Below are positions 11,341 to 20,993 of a stretch of 64,000 nt of DNA, one piece after another. Positions within the stretch are counted from its first letter, which is position 1. Every line of letters starts with the position of its first letter. Under the pieces are notes generated by a model. The model did no database searches. It worked only from the letters and a program-made list of their open reading frames with translations, and was not told the DNA's origin. Source of the stretch: Gemmatimonadales bacterium (GTDB taxonomy: Bacteria; Gemmatimonadota; Gemmatimonadetes; Gemmatimonadales; GWC2-71-9); contig JBFGJG010000015.1 of the NCBI GenBank assembly GCA_041577295.1, forward strand, positions 15,873-79,872, written 5' to 3'. Position numbers and translations under genes: made by a program.

Positions 11341-13113
11341 CTACGCCGCCGCATCCTCAGCGGCGGACCGCTGTCGCCGACTCGATAACGCGCGGCGGAA
11401 CGCCGCCGCTGCTTCCAGAATCAGCCATAACTCCAGCACGAAAACGGCGGCAGCCACGACGAAGAGCACGGTCTGACTCTGCGTGATATACCGCACGAGA
11501 TTCAGCACCATGGCCCACGTGGTCATCACCAACAGGAACACCATCGGAATGGCCGTGACCCAGACGGAGCGACGCAACGCCAGAAGGAACAACGTGATTA
11601 CCAGGAGGCTCAGCGCACCGGTGAGCTGATTGGTGGTTCCGAACAACGGCCAGAGCCGCATGCCACCCGCTCCGCGGTCGATGCCGAGCGCGAGCAATCC
11701 ACAAGTAACGACAGCGATCAGCGTTGCCACCCACCGGTTTTGCACGAGCCGCATGCGGTATTCCGCCCCCAATTCCGCGATGATGTATCGCTGGAGACGG
11801 ACTCCGGTGTCCATAGTCGTAGCGGCAAAGGTAATCACGACCACTGCGGCGAAGATTGTTGCCACGGCGTGTGGAATCCCGATCCCTTCCGCCAGCACAC
11901 CTACCCCGTTCACGAACGCGGTGGTTGCTCCTGCCGATGCGCTCGCCCACGTGGCGTAGTGTTCATGCCACCCATCGATCCCCACGAACAGCGCGAAGCC
12001 GGCTGTGGTCGCTATGATCGACGTGAGTGCGAGGGTGCCCTCACCAACCGCTCCGCCATAGCCGACATACCGCGCATCGGTCTCCTTGTTCAACTGCTTC
12101 GAGGAGGTTCCGGATGCCACGAGCCCGTGAAATCCGCTGATGGCACCACACGCGATCGTGATGAATAACAGCGGGAACCAGCTCGGGGCGTCGGCAGGAA
12201 GGTCGCGGTTAACAGCGGGTGCGATGATCGTCGGGTTAGTGACGATGACGCCCAAAAAGATGATGCCAAGCGCCACGAACAGTTGATGGCTGTTGACGTA
12301 GTCGCGTGGTTGGAGGAGGAGCCACACCGGAAGGACGCTCGCAAAGAACGCATAGATGAAGAGGACGATGACCCACCCGGCGCGGATACCGTCAACACGT
12401 GCCGCCTCCGCCGCAACGGTGGTGTCCCCACCAGCCGCGGTGAGCTGGGCGGTGCTGGGAGCGAAACCGATCAGGTCCGGGAGCTCAAGGGGCACGTATT
12501 GGCCGAGCCAGATCATGACATACAGAATGGCCAGGGCGCCGAGGGACGGCCCCAGGATGCCGACCTTGGTTCGATAGATGAGCAAGCCCACGACCAGCGC
12601 GACCGCCAAGCTCCCCCACACGGGCATCACGGCACCGGGATTGGCGATGAACAGGTTGGCGATGACGACCGCAAACACCGCGTTCACCAACAACAACAGA
12701 AAGAAGATGATGAGTAGAAACAGCACGCGTGCCCGACTGCCGACGATCGACTGGGTGAGGGTCCCGATCGAGTTGGCCTTGTGTCGAGTCGAGATCCACA
12801 GCGTTCCGAAGTCGTGGACCGCCCCAGCGAAGATGGTGCCGAGCATCACCCAGAGAAACGCCGGTAGCCACCCCCAAATGACGGCGATGGCGGGCCCGAC
12901 GATGGGCGCCGCCCCTGCCACCGATGTGAAGTGATGCCCGAACAGCACGTGCTTGTTCGTGGGGACGAAGTCGACACCGTCCTCGAACTCGTGTGCCGGC
13001 GTCCGGAAGTTGGGATCGAGCCGATAGATCCGCGTTGCGATGTACCGCGAGTACAGCTGGTAACCGGTGAGAAACGCTGTCAGCCCGATGAACAACAGGG
13101 CGATCGAACTCAC
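11341..13113 (-). CDS. cstA: Carbon starvation protein A (peptide/pyruvate transporter family)
   Basis: DGVDFVPT, GHHFTSVAGAAPIVGP, LLQPRDY, TIACGAISGFH, WPLFGTTNQL. Confidence 0.95.
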   Translation of the reverse strand: MSSIALLFIGLTAFLTGYQLYSRYIATRIYRLDPNFRTPAHEFEDGVDFVPTNKHVLFGHHFTSVAGAAPIVGPAIAVIWGWLPAFLWVMLGTIFAGAVHDFGTLWISTRHKANSIGTLTQSIVGSRARVLFLLIIFFLLLLVNAVFAVVIANLFIANPGAVMPVWGSLAVALVVGLLIYRTKVGILGPSLGALAILYVMIWLGQYVPLELPDLIGFAPSTAQLTAAGGDTTVAAEAARVDGIRAGWVIVLFIYAFFASVLPVWLLLQPRDYVNSHQLFVALGIIFLGVIVTNPTIIAPAVNRDLPADAPSWFPLLFITIACGAISGFHGLVASGTSSKQLNKETDARYVGYGGAVGEGTLALTSIIATTAGFALFVGIDGWHEHYATWASASAGATTAFVNGVGVLAEGIGIPHAVATIFAAVVVITFAATTMDTGVRLQRYIIAELGAEYRMRLVQNRWVATLIAVVTCGLLALGIDRGAGGMRLWPLFGTTNQLTGALSLLVITLFLLALRRSVWVTAIPMVFLLVMTTWAMVLNLVRYITQSQTVLFVVAAAVFVLELWLILEAAAAFRRALSSRRQRSAAEDAAA

Positions 13114-13194
13114 TGCACCCTCCGCGCCGCGACAGAAGTGCTACAATGTACTACACCAGCGAATGAGGATTAAGGGAGTCCAGCCAGTGTCGGA

Positions 13195-14112
13195 ATGCCC
13201 GAGCTACCCGATGTAGAAGTCTATCTCGCATGTCTCGAGCCGAGGATTCTCGACCGTCGTCTCGAGGGCATACGGCTGACGAATCCGTTTCTCCTTCGAT
13301 CGGTCGCGCCTGCGATTTCGATGGCCGAGAGTCGTACGGTTCGCGAGCTACGCCGAATTGGGAAACGGATCGTCATGGGACTCGATGATGAGTTGTTTTT
13401 GGTCCTGCACCTCATGATCGCGGGTCGCCTGCGGTGGCGCGATCCGGGAGCACCGATTCCAAAACGGATTGGTCTCGCGGGATTCGATTTTGCAAACGGC
13501 ACGCTCGTGCTCACCGAGGCCGGAACGAAGAAACGCTCCTCGCTGTACCTCGTACAAGGCCAGGACGCCCTCCGTGCGCACGATCCCGGCGGGCTCGAAG
13601 TACTCCAGGCATCGCCGAGTGCGTTTCGTGCAGCGATCACGCGGCAGAACCACACGTTGAAGCGCACGCTCACCGACCCACGCATCTTGAGCGGTATCGG
13701 AAACGCGTATTCCGATGAGGTCCTGCATGCTGCCAAGCTCTCGCCCGTGATGCTGAGCCAAGCACTGTCGGAGGATGAGATTGCCCGTCTCCACACGGCG
13801 ATCTGTGAGACATTGCGCGCGTGGACATCCCGCCTCCGTGCCGAGGTGGGCGATGGTTTTCCCGAGAAAGTGACTGCGTTTCGGGACGGAATGGCGGTCC
13901 ACGGCCGGTACCGACATCCATGTCCCGAGTGCGGGTCGCCGGTCCAACGCATTGTCTACGCCAGCAACGAGGCCAACTACTGTGCTCAGTGTCAGACAGG
14001 TGGTAAGATCTTGGCAGATCGGGCCCTCTCGCGCCTGTTGGGAAAGGACTGGCCGAGAACCCTCGACCAATGGGAACAGAAAGTGGGCGGCGGGGGTCGC
14101 GCCGCCGGGTAG
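13195..14112 (+). CDS. mutM: Fpg/Nei family DNA glycosylase
   Basis: N-terminal PELPDV, HLMIAG, SGIGNAYSDE H2TH motif, CPEC...CAQC zinc finger. Confidence 0.9.
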   Translation: MPELPDVEVYLACLEPRILDRRLEGIRLTNPFLLRSVAPAISMAESRTVRELRRIGKRIVMGLDDELFLVLHLMIAGRLRWRDPGAPIPKRIGLAGFDFANGTLVLTEAGTKKRSSLYLVQGQDALRAHDPGGLEVLQASPSAFRAAITRQNHTLKRTLTDPRILSGIGNAYSDEVLHAAKLSPVMLSQALSEDEIARLHTAICETLRAWTSRLRAEVGDGFPEKVTAFRDGMAVHGRYRHPCPECGSPVQRIVYASNEANYCAQCQTGGKILADRALSRLLGKDWPRTLDQWEQKVGGGGRAAG

Positions 14113-14132
14113 TTGCGGCTCGCGAGGCGCTC

Positions 14133-15149
14133 CTAGTGACCGGCGGCCAGCTCCTCTGGGGGTAGGTGGGCGAGGATTTCCATCAGCCCCTCCACACCAA
14201 CCACATCCCGTTCGAGTAAAGGAATGCGCAACACCCGATAATCGGCGAACTTCTGACCAACCTGATCCAGCGTCTCCTGCGCACTTGCTCGACGGCGCGA
14301 TACGAACTCGCCTTCCGCATCGAGCGGTAGCAGTTGATTGACCACGATAGCTCCGATGGGAATCCCGTTTCGTTCGAGCACGCCCACGGCCTTCTTCGTC
14401 TCGGCGAGTGGCAGGCGCTCGGCCACCAATACGAAGACGAACGACGCCCGTCGGCGATCCGTCATGAGGACCCTGGCTCGTGCGAAACGCTTCTTTCGCT
14501 CCTCCAGCGCGTCCAACACGCTGTCAGTTGTACCGTCGGCCGCATCGGAACCTTGCGATACCGTCCGCCACATGCGACTCAAGACATTGAGCTTGCGTCG
14601 CCGGGCGATGAGCCCGTCAATCCACAGCGTCATCAGCTCCGGCAGGGACAGCAGCCTCAGCGTCTGCCCGGTAGGTGCGGTATCGAAATAGACCCGGTCG
14701 TAACGCGAGCCGAGCTGGTCCATGATCCGCGTGAAGCGATCGAAGACCGCAGCCTCCTCCGCACCTGGAGACACGCGTGCGATATCGATCTGCCGGCGGA
14801 CCTCGTCAGCGAGTCGTGGAGCGGTCACATGTGCAATGCGCTCTTTCACATCCGCGATGTAGCGATCGGCCTCTCGTGCGGCATCGATCTCGAGCGCCCA
14901 CAGGTGATCGGTGACGGCGGTCGGCTCGGGACCGATCGTCACTTGGAATAAATCGGACGTCGAGTGTGCCGCATCGGTGGACACGAGCAATGTGCGGAGC
15001 TCTTGCCGCGCAGCCGCGAGAGCGAATGCCGCTGCGATCGTAGTCTTTCCAACGCCACCTTTGCCCCCGAAGAAGAGGATCTCGCGATCGAGCAGTCTCG
15101 CGCTCAAGCCGGGTGGGTCAGCAGCATCGAAAACCGCCTTCTGGAGCAT
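14133..15149 (-). CDS. ArsA/Get3-family ATPase, single domain
   Basis: GKGGVGKTT, STDAAHS, DTAPTGQ; no cysteines; the real start may be TTG near 15107. Confidence 0.9.
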   Translation of the reverse strand: MLQKAVFDAADPPGLSARLLDREILFFGGKGGVGKTTIAAAFALAAARQELRTLLVSTDAAHSTSDLFQVTIGPEPTAVTDHLWALEIDAAREADRYIADVKERIAHVTAPRLADEVRRQIDIARVSPGAEEAAVFDRFTRIMDQLGSRYDRVYFDTAPTGQTLRLLSLPELMTLWIDGLIARRRKLNVLSRMWRTVSQGSDAADGTTDSVLDALEERKKRFARARVLMTDRRRASFVFVLVAERLPLAETKKAVGVLERNGIPIGAIVVNQLLPLDAEGEFVSRRRASAQETLDQVGQKFADYRVLRIPLLERDVVGVEGLMEILAHLPPEELAAGH

Positions 15150-15417
15150 GCGGCATTCCCAGGCGCAGATGCCACTGATGAAATTGGTCGATCAGGTAGG
15201 GGTAGAGCTCGAGGGTGTAGAACTGGACGGGATTGGGCACGCCAAGCAGATCCGAGAAGCCCAGCAGGAGAAACAGATCACGCTGCTCGAGGTAGTCCCG
15301 CTGTAAGATTCTCTTATACGGGGTGATGTAGAGCCCTTCGTAGATCTCACGCGCGGCGCGCAGCCGCCGTTGCAGCGCGGCGATCCACCAAGGCGTACGA
15401 TGGGTATCGTCAGTCAT
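15118..15417 (-). CDS. Small CstA-associated protein ending in Cys-Cys (cory-CC-star type)
   Basis: DLFLLLGFSDLLGVPNPVQFYTLELYP...FHQWHLRLGM...GFRCC*; directly upstream of the ArsA-like gene and near cstA. Confidence 0.85.
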   Translation of the reverse strand: MTDDTHRTPWWIAALQRRLRAAREIYEGLYITPYKRILQRDYLEQRDLFLLLGFSDLLGVPNPVQFYTLELYPYLIDQFHQWHLRLGMPHAPEGGFRCC

Positions 15418-15455
15418 CGACCGCTCCGACACACTCGACCGGCTGGGGGTTGACG

Positions 15456-17075
15456 CTACTCCCCCACCCCGAGTCCCCACCGGATCAAACTCACCGGAAG
15501 CGCTCCGTATTCAAGGATTTGCTCGTGAAAGCGCCGCAGCGAGAAATCTGCTCCCGCTGCCCGCCGATATGCATCCCGCAGAGACCGCAGCTCTCGTCGC
15601 CCAACTGCATAACAGAGTTGATACGCCGGCTCGGCACAGTAGCGCCGCACCTCTGCCTCGGCGTGCCCACGCTCGAAGTGCACGTGATCCATCAGCAACT
15701 GCACAGCGTCGTCGAAGCTCATGCCTCGAGTATGCAGACCAATGTCAGCGACAATGCGTACCGCGCGCCAGAGCAGTGCCAATCGTTGGAACAGCTCTTC
15801 CTCGAGTGATGAGTAGAAGCCTTCCTCGCCCATCATCTCTTCGCAATAGAGCGCCCAGCCTTCGATGGTGAGTGGCGTACCAATCACGCGTCGGATGACA
15901 CTCGGTTGGTTCTGGGCCGTCACCAAATGCAGGTGATGGCCCGGATATCCCTCGTGCAACGCCGTGGATGGAATTTCATAGATGCAGTGGTCCCGCAGGG
16001 CCCGCGCCGCCGCTTCAGGGTCATCCTTTCGCTCGGGCGGTGTGACATAAAACCACCCGCGGCGATCGCGCGAGAACGCGCCGGGTGGCTGATAGGCCGC
16101 AAACGGAATGATCGGACGCAGGAACGCCGGCGTGGGGAGCACGTCCAGGTCACCATCTGGGATAGGCGCAAGCCCGCGCTCCTCGACGAACCGGCGGGCC
16201 TCGCCCATGGCGCGCGCGTAGGCATCCACCAGTCCGTCGGCCGCGGGATGATCGCCACGGAGACGGTCGATCAGATCCGGCCACGGGCATCCGCCGTCGA
16301 TCCGGGCGGCGAGCTGCGTTAGATCGGCTTCGACTTCACGAACCAGCGCGGTTCCGTAGCGCCACAGCTCGTTGGCGTTGTCGCGTAACGCGTGCTGGAA
16401 GTGCAAACGGAAGTCGAACGCCTTTTCACCGATCGCGTAGGACGTCTCCGCTTCGCCGTTGTTCGCGAGCCCGGGAAGGTCGTCGATAAACGATGACAAG
16501 GCCTCAGTGGCCGACCCTACGACTTCCGAAAACGTCGGATCGTCGGCGGGAGCCAAACGCTCACTGAGCTGGTGCACCAGGGCCAGGCCCGCGGTGGTCA
16601 CCTGTACTGCTGTCTCGACAAACACCGGCGGGCACGGACCAAGCGTACTGCGCGCAGCATCGAGAAACCCCGGAACCCCTTGCAGCCGTGACTTCGCGGC
16701 ATTGCTCAAGTGCTCCCGTGGTCGATCCCGCGCCACTAGGAGGACGTACAGTCCCTGAAGCAAGTGTGAGATCCAGAAGTCCGGGTTCTGGATGTGGGGA
16801 CGCTCGTGCTCGAGCCGGTTGATGGTGACACGAATGTCGCCCAGCAGGGCGGTGCGATCGATTTCGGCGTCGAGCGACTCGGGGTTGTGCTCCTCGATGG
16901 CCCCCGAGATCGATTTGAGAGCCGCGAGATACCGCCGGACATCGTCAGCCGTGTAGGTCCCTAGACGCTCGTCATGCTCGGACAGACCGGCTTCGGAAGC
17001 TTCGACCGGGTCGATGTGCCACCTGAGATCGAGGTACGAGCGAACCACCTCGTCGAGAGCGGTCTCCACGCTCAC
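15456..17075 (-). CDS. DUF885 family protein
   Basis: HEGYPGHHLH, EGWALYCE, RAVRIVADIGLH, EVRRY; GTG overlaps the upstream TGA. Confidence 0.9.
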   Translation of the reverse strand: MSVETALDEVVRSYLDLRWHIDPVEASEAGLSEHDERLGTYTADDVRRYLAALKSISGAIEEHNPESLDAEIDRTALLGDIRVTINRLEHERPHIQNPDFWISHLLQGLYVLLVARDRPREHLSNAAKSRLQGVPGFLDAARSTLGPCPPVFVETAVQVTTAGLALVHQLSERLAPADDPTFSEVVGSATEALSSFIDDLPGLANNGEAETSYAIGEKAFDFRLHFQHALRDNANELWRYGTALVREVEADLTQLAARIDGGCPWPDLIDRLRGDHPAADGLVDAYARAMGEARRFVEERGLAPIPDGDLDVLPTPAFLRPIIPFAAYQPPGAFSRDRRGWFYVTPPERKDDPEAAARALRDHCIYEIPSTALHEGYPGHHLHLVTAQNQPSVIRRVIGTPLTIEGWALYCEEMMGEEGFYSSLEEELFQRLALLWRAVRIVADIGLHTRGMSFDDAVQLLMDHVHFERGHAEAEVRRYCAEPAYQLCYAVGRRELRSLRDAYRRAAGADFSLRRFHEQILEYGALPVSLIRWGLGVGE

Positions 17076-18310
17076 CTGCCTGCGGTCGCCTCGGTGATCA
17101 GGCGACGACACTCGTCCTCACTGAGCACGCGATCGGTCTCCTTGGCGGCAGCGAACAACCGTTGACAGACCGCTTCATCGTCCGGGTCGTACCCATGCGC
17201 CTGGAGCCACCACTTCACGTTGGACATCCCAGATACCGGCGAGATCTCGATCAGCTGCTGGGCACCGAACTGGCTCGCGGGGACGCTCGAGTACACCCGA
17301 TCCGCGAGCCAGGAGTCTCCTTTGCGGACGGCCTTGATGATGGCCGCCGCATGCACCCCGGTGCCGGTTCGGAACGCGTCAGTGCCCATGACCGGGTAGT
17401 TGGCCGGCAGCGGAACACCGATAGTACGGGCGGCAAGCTCACAGTATTCGCGCAACTTGGAGACATCGTGCTTGTGCGTCCCGAGCAGATGGAGATTCAC
17501 GATTAGGAGATCCATCTCCGCATTGCCAACCCGCTCGCCAACGCCCAGCGCGGTTGCGTGTACCCGATCGATGCCCGCTTCGATCGCGGCCAAGCAGTTG
17601 ATCACGCCCAGCGCGCGATCTCGATGTCCATGCCAATCGAGCTTCACGTCCTCACCGGAGGGCGCTACGATCTCTTCCTTCATAAAGCGTACGAGCGCAC
17701 GAACGCCACTTGGCGTCGCATGCCCCACCGTGTCGGCGACACACAAGCGGCGCGCGCCCCAGCGGATTGCGTTGCCGTACAGCGCCTTCAACGTCTCCGG
17801 ACGTGCCCTGGTGGTGTCCTCCGTCACGAACATCACCGGGAGTCCCTCGCCAACTGCGAAGGTTACTGCCTCTTCGCTGACTTTTAGCATGCGTTCGAGC
17901 GTCCAGTCCTCGGCGTACTGCCGGATGGGCGACGACCCGATGAACGTGGCCGCTTCGATTGGGATGCCGACCTCCTGCGAGATCTCGACGATGGGTCGAA
18001 CGTCGGCTACGACCGTGCGCGCCGCGCAGTTCGGCTCGATTGGGAGTTTGGCACTCACGATCTCGTGCGCCAACGCACGCACCGATTCGACCACATGCGG
18101 TCCGGCGCCCGGCAAGCCGATGTCAGCCGCGACGATTCCGAGGTCGGCCATCAGATGCAAAAACTTGCGCTTGACGTCTATCGAGGGATCGATTGCAGAA
18201 GGGGATTGCAGGCCATCACGCAGCGTCTCGTCGTTCAGGTCTACCTTGGCGGTGGCCCAGTCGAAATCGGAGACGGCGTTCCAGTCATGTATGAGGTCGG
18301 CTTCCTTCAT
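17072..18310 (-). CDS. LeuA-family (DRE-TIM) acetyl-CoA condensing enzyme lacking the C-terminal regulatory domain
   Basis: DETLRDGLQ, DTVG, HGHRD, GVGERVGN; 412 aa. Confidence 0.88.
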   Translation of the reverse strand: MKEADLIHDWNAVSDFDWATAKVDLNDETLRDGLQSPSAIDPSIDVKRKFLHLMADLGIVAADIGLPGAGPHVVESVRALAHEIVSAKLPIEPNCAARTVVADVRPIVEISQEVGIPIEAATFIGSSPIRQYAEDWTLERMLKVSEEAVTFAVGEGLPVMFVTEDTTRARPETLKALYGNAIRWGARRLCVADTVGHATPSGVRALVRFMKEEIVAPSGEDVKLDWHGHRDRALGVINCLAAIEAGIDRVHATALGVGERVGNAEMDLLIVNLHLLGTHKHDVSKLREYCELAARTIGVPLPANYPVMGTDAFRTGTGVHAAAIIKAVRKGDSWLADRVYSSVPASQFGAQQLIEISPVSGMSNVKWWLQAHGYDPDDEAVCQRLFAAAKETDRVLSEDECRRLITEATAGR

Positions 18311-18341
18311 GCCGAAGGATGCCCGGGACAGGTGGCGGGAG

Positions 18342-18809
18342 TCAAGGCACTAGAAGCTCTGGTATCACCATCCAGCACACGGACCAATCCCCTTGTCCGC
18401 CCCGCTCGAGACACACGATTCCTCCCGGACGGAAGGTGAGGACCGAGGCGTCGGGATCTCCGGTGAGCAGGAGCGAAGCCAACCGTGCAAGATGCGGAAG
18501 GTGGCCCACCAACATGAGCGTGCGGTCGTCCCCCTTCAGCCGCTGGCGCCAGATCGAGGCGTCCGCATCGGGAGCCAGGCCGTCGGCCTCGCCGACACCG
18601 GTCGGCGGTGCCAGCCGATCAGCGATCAACTCCGCCGTCTGTCGCGCACGCGTCTTTCCGCTATGGAGGATCCGGTCAATCGGAAGTAGCCGGCTGGGCA
18701 GCGCGTCGAGCACCATTCTTACGTCAGATATTCCCTTGTCCGTCAAGGGACGGTCCGGATGCTCTTCCTTCGAAGCCGCTTCGCCGTGTTGTACGAGGTA
18801 GAGCTGCAT
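18342..18809 (-). CDS. sixA: Phosphohistidine phosphatase SixA
   Basis: LVQHGEA, DRPLT, HSGKTRARQTA, LVGHLPHL. Confidence 0.9.
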   Translation of the reverse strand: MQLYLVQHGEAASKEEHPDRPLTDKGISDVRMVLDALPSRLLPIDRILHSGKTRARQTAELIADRLAPPTGVGEADGLAPDADASIWRQRLKGDDRTLMLVGHLPHLARLASLLLTGDPDASVLTFRPGGIVCLERGGQGDWSVCWMVIPELLVP

Positions 18810-18814
18810 GACCG

Positions 18815-19798
18815 CTATGGTGCGGGTGCGGTTTCGTCTTTCGCCACAACCATGTTGTGCAGCTGTTGGTTTTGCACGCGTGCGTCGTCGCCAATCATGC
18901 TATGCTCCACCTTTGAGCCGGCAACTTGCGCATTCCGTCCCACAATGACGTCACGCAATGTGCTTTTTTCAATCACCGCACCCTCGTCGATCGACACATT
19001 AGGACCAATCGTCGACGAGCGAAGTGTCACCCCGGAAGCCACGTACACCGGGTCGATGATCGTGACGTCGCCATCCGTTGATGGGCGTTTGGCGTGACCA
19101 GTGTCGAGCAAGTGCCTGTTGGTGGAAAGGACCGTCTCGACTTTTCCGCAATCGTACCAACCTGCGACCTCTGCGGTCAGCAGTTTCTTGCCGTGGTCAA
19201 TCATGTACTGGAACGCGTCCGTGAGAAACCACTCGCCCTTCAGCTTGGGGCGCGTCAGCGCCCAATCGATTCCCTGATAGAGCGACTCCCAGTCGCTGAT
19301 GTAGTAGAGCCCGATGTTGGCGAGTCGTGAGATCGGTTGGGCGGGTTTCTCGACGATCCGCTCCATATAGCCGCCTCGGTCGGTGACCACGACACCAAAT
19401 CGCTGATAGTCCTCGACCTCTTTGACCCAGATGATCCCATCAGCCTTGCTATGCGTGATGATGGAGAGATCGGCGTCGAATACGGTATCAACGAACACGA
19501 TGAGCACGGGCCCGTCCACGTAGGGGCGCGCAAGGTTTACGGCCCCGGCCGTCCCATCCTGCACAGCTTGTTCGACAAAACGGGCCGGGAGATCGTAGGC
19601 GCGTCGAACGTATGCCTCGACCTTGTCCTTCAAGTGCCCCGTAATGAAAATGAGCTCCTCGACATTCAACCCAGCGAGCTTGTCGATGACGTAATCGAGC
19701 ACCGGTCGGCCGGCCACTCGGATGAGAGGCTTGGGGACATGTTTGGTGATCGGTAGGAGACGCGTGCCTTTGCCCGCGACGGGAAGAATGACCTTCAT
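18815..19798 (-). CDS. Sugar-phosphate nucleotidyltransferase with C-terminal beta-helix
   Basis: PVAGKGTRLLP..KHVPKP, IVEKP, WYDCG. Confidence 0.9.
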   Translation of the reverse strand: MKVILPVAGKGTRLLPITKHVPKPLIRVAGRPVLDYVIDKLAGLNVEELIFITGHLKDKVEAYVRRAYDLPARFVEQAVQDGTAGAVNLARPYVDGPVLIVFVDTVFDADLSIITHSKADGIIWVKEVEDYQRFGVVVTDRGGYMERIVEKPAQPISRLANIGLYYISDWESLYQGIDWALTRPKLKGEWFLTDAFQYMIDHGKKLLTAEVAGWYDCGKVETVLSTNRHLLDTGHAKRPSTDGDVTIIDPVYVASGVTLRSSTIGPNVSIDEGAVIEKSTLRDVIVGRNAQVAGSKVEHSMIGDDARVQNQQLHNMVVAKDETAPAP

Positions 19799-19801
19799 CG
19801 G

Positions 19802-20164
19802 CTACACCCGACCATAGCGATCCTCCAGTCTCACGACGTCCTCGATCTCCGGCGTCGATACTTCGAGGAGGTCACTCGTTTCAATGGCTTCCATCTGATG
19901 CACCGTGAGCGGCCGGACATGATAGCTCTCGCCCTCTCGCATCGTCCGCTCGACTAACTCGTCGTTCTCCTTGACCCGAAAGATGATTTTGCCTCTGAGC
20001 ACATGAATAGTCTCGTCCTTCCGCTCGTGGTACTGCAAGCTCAACAGGTGACCTGCTTCAATGTGGAGAATCTTCCCGACGTAGCGATCCGTGAGAGCCC
20101 AAATGAGCTCATGACCCCACGGCTTCTCCACTCGGTACGGCACGCTCGCAATCTCACGTGTCAT
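19802..20164 (-). CDS. Cupin, mannose-6-phosphate isomerase C-terminal-like
   Basis: KPWGHE, LSLQYH..KDE, EVSTPE..DVVRLEDRYGR. Confidence 0.85.
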   Translation of the reverse strand: MTREIASVPYRVEKPWGHELIWALTDRYVGKILHIEAGHLLSLQYHERKDETIHVLRGKIIFRVKENDELVERTMREGESYHVRPLTVHQMEAIETSDLLEVSTPEIEDVVRLEDRYGRV

Positions 20165-20180
20165 CTTCTGCCTCTCCTGC

Positions 20181-20783
20181 CTAGCCCGCCATCTCCAGGT
20201 GAAGCTTTAACGATGGGGGGCTCGTAACACATGCCTTCACACAGACACCGCAGCCCACACAGCCTTCGGCGATAATGACCGGGCGTCCTTGCGCGTCCAG
20301 GGTGAGGGCCTCTTCTCCCAGCGGGCATGCCCGCGCACAGACGCCGCATTCAACACCGTCGAACGCGATACAGCGCTCCGGCACGAGCTCCAGCGTAGCG
20401 AGTCGATACCCCTGCCACCGTTCAGGCGGAACCTGTAACGCACCGGTGGGGCACGCCGCGGCGCACGGCATATCAGGGCAAACGGTGCACGGCTGCACCG
20501 TGGGATCGATGATCGGGGTCCCCACCGCGAAGCCAGCACCTGTCGGAGCTTTGACGATGGCTGCCGGCGGACAAACTGAGATGCAGTCTCCGCACCGAGT
20601 ACACGCCGCCAAGAACGGTAGCTCATCCAGCGCCCCGGGCGGCCGGAAGTAGACCTTTGGCGCCACCCGTCGTTCGGTACGGCGCGCCACCTCCTGCGCC
20701 AGCCGCCCGACCGTTTCCCGAAAGAACGCTCGGCGGTCTCCCCCGTCTCCGGTCAAAAAATGGTTGCTGCCCTCCCTCGCCAT
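20181..20783 (-). CDS. NapG/MauM-like multi-[4Fe-4S] ferredoxin
   Basis: RRAFF N-term, RPPGA, CTRCGDCISVCP, CVGCGVCVKAC and two further Cys clusters. Confidence 0.85.
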   Translation of the reverse strand: MAREGSNHFLTGDGGDRRAFFRETVGRLAQEVARRTERRVAPKVYFRPPGALDELPFLAACTRCGDCISVCPPAAIVKAPTGAGFAVGTPIIDPTVQPCTVCPDMPCAAACPTGALQVPPERWQGYRLATLELVPERCIAFDGVECGVCARACPLGEEALTLDAQGRPVIIAEGCVGCGVCVKACVTSPPSLKLHLEMAG

Positions 20784-20993
20784 TGCTCTCCTCTCGCCGG
20801 CGCACACGGAGCGACGGCCGTAAGCTAGCGGAGCCGAGACCCGGGGAGCAAACGCGTTTCGTACCCAATCGGCACCACGGAGCACGAATACGATTGCTGT
20901 AACCTCTGGCGGTCGAGCGGCATCGTCGTGATGGGCTTCCTCGGTATGCGGGCTGTTACCGCAATCCGCCCGCTACTGCGTAGCTGACCGCGC

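Noticed and set aside
14133..15149. Arsenic resistance gene
   Set aside because: No metalloid-binding cysteines and no ars operon genes.
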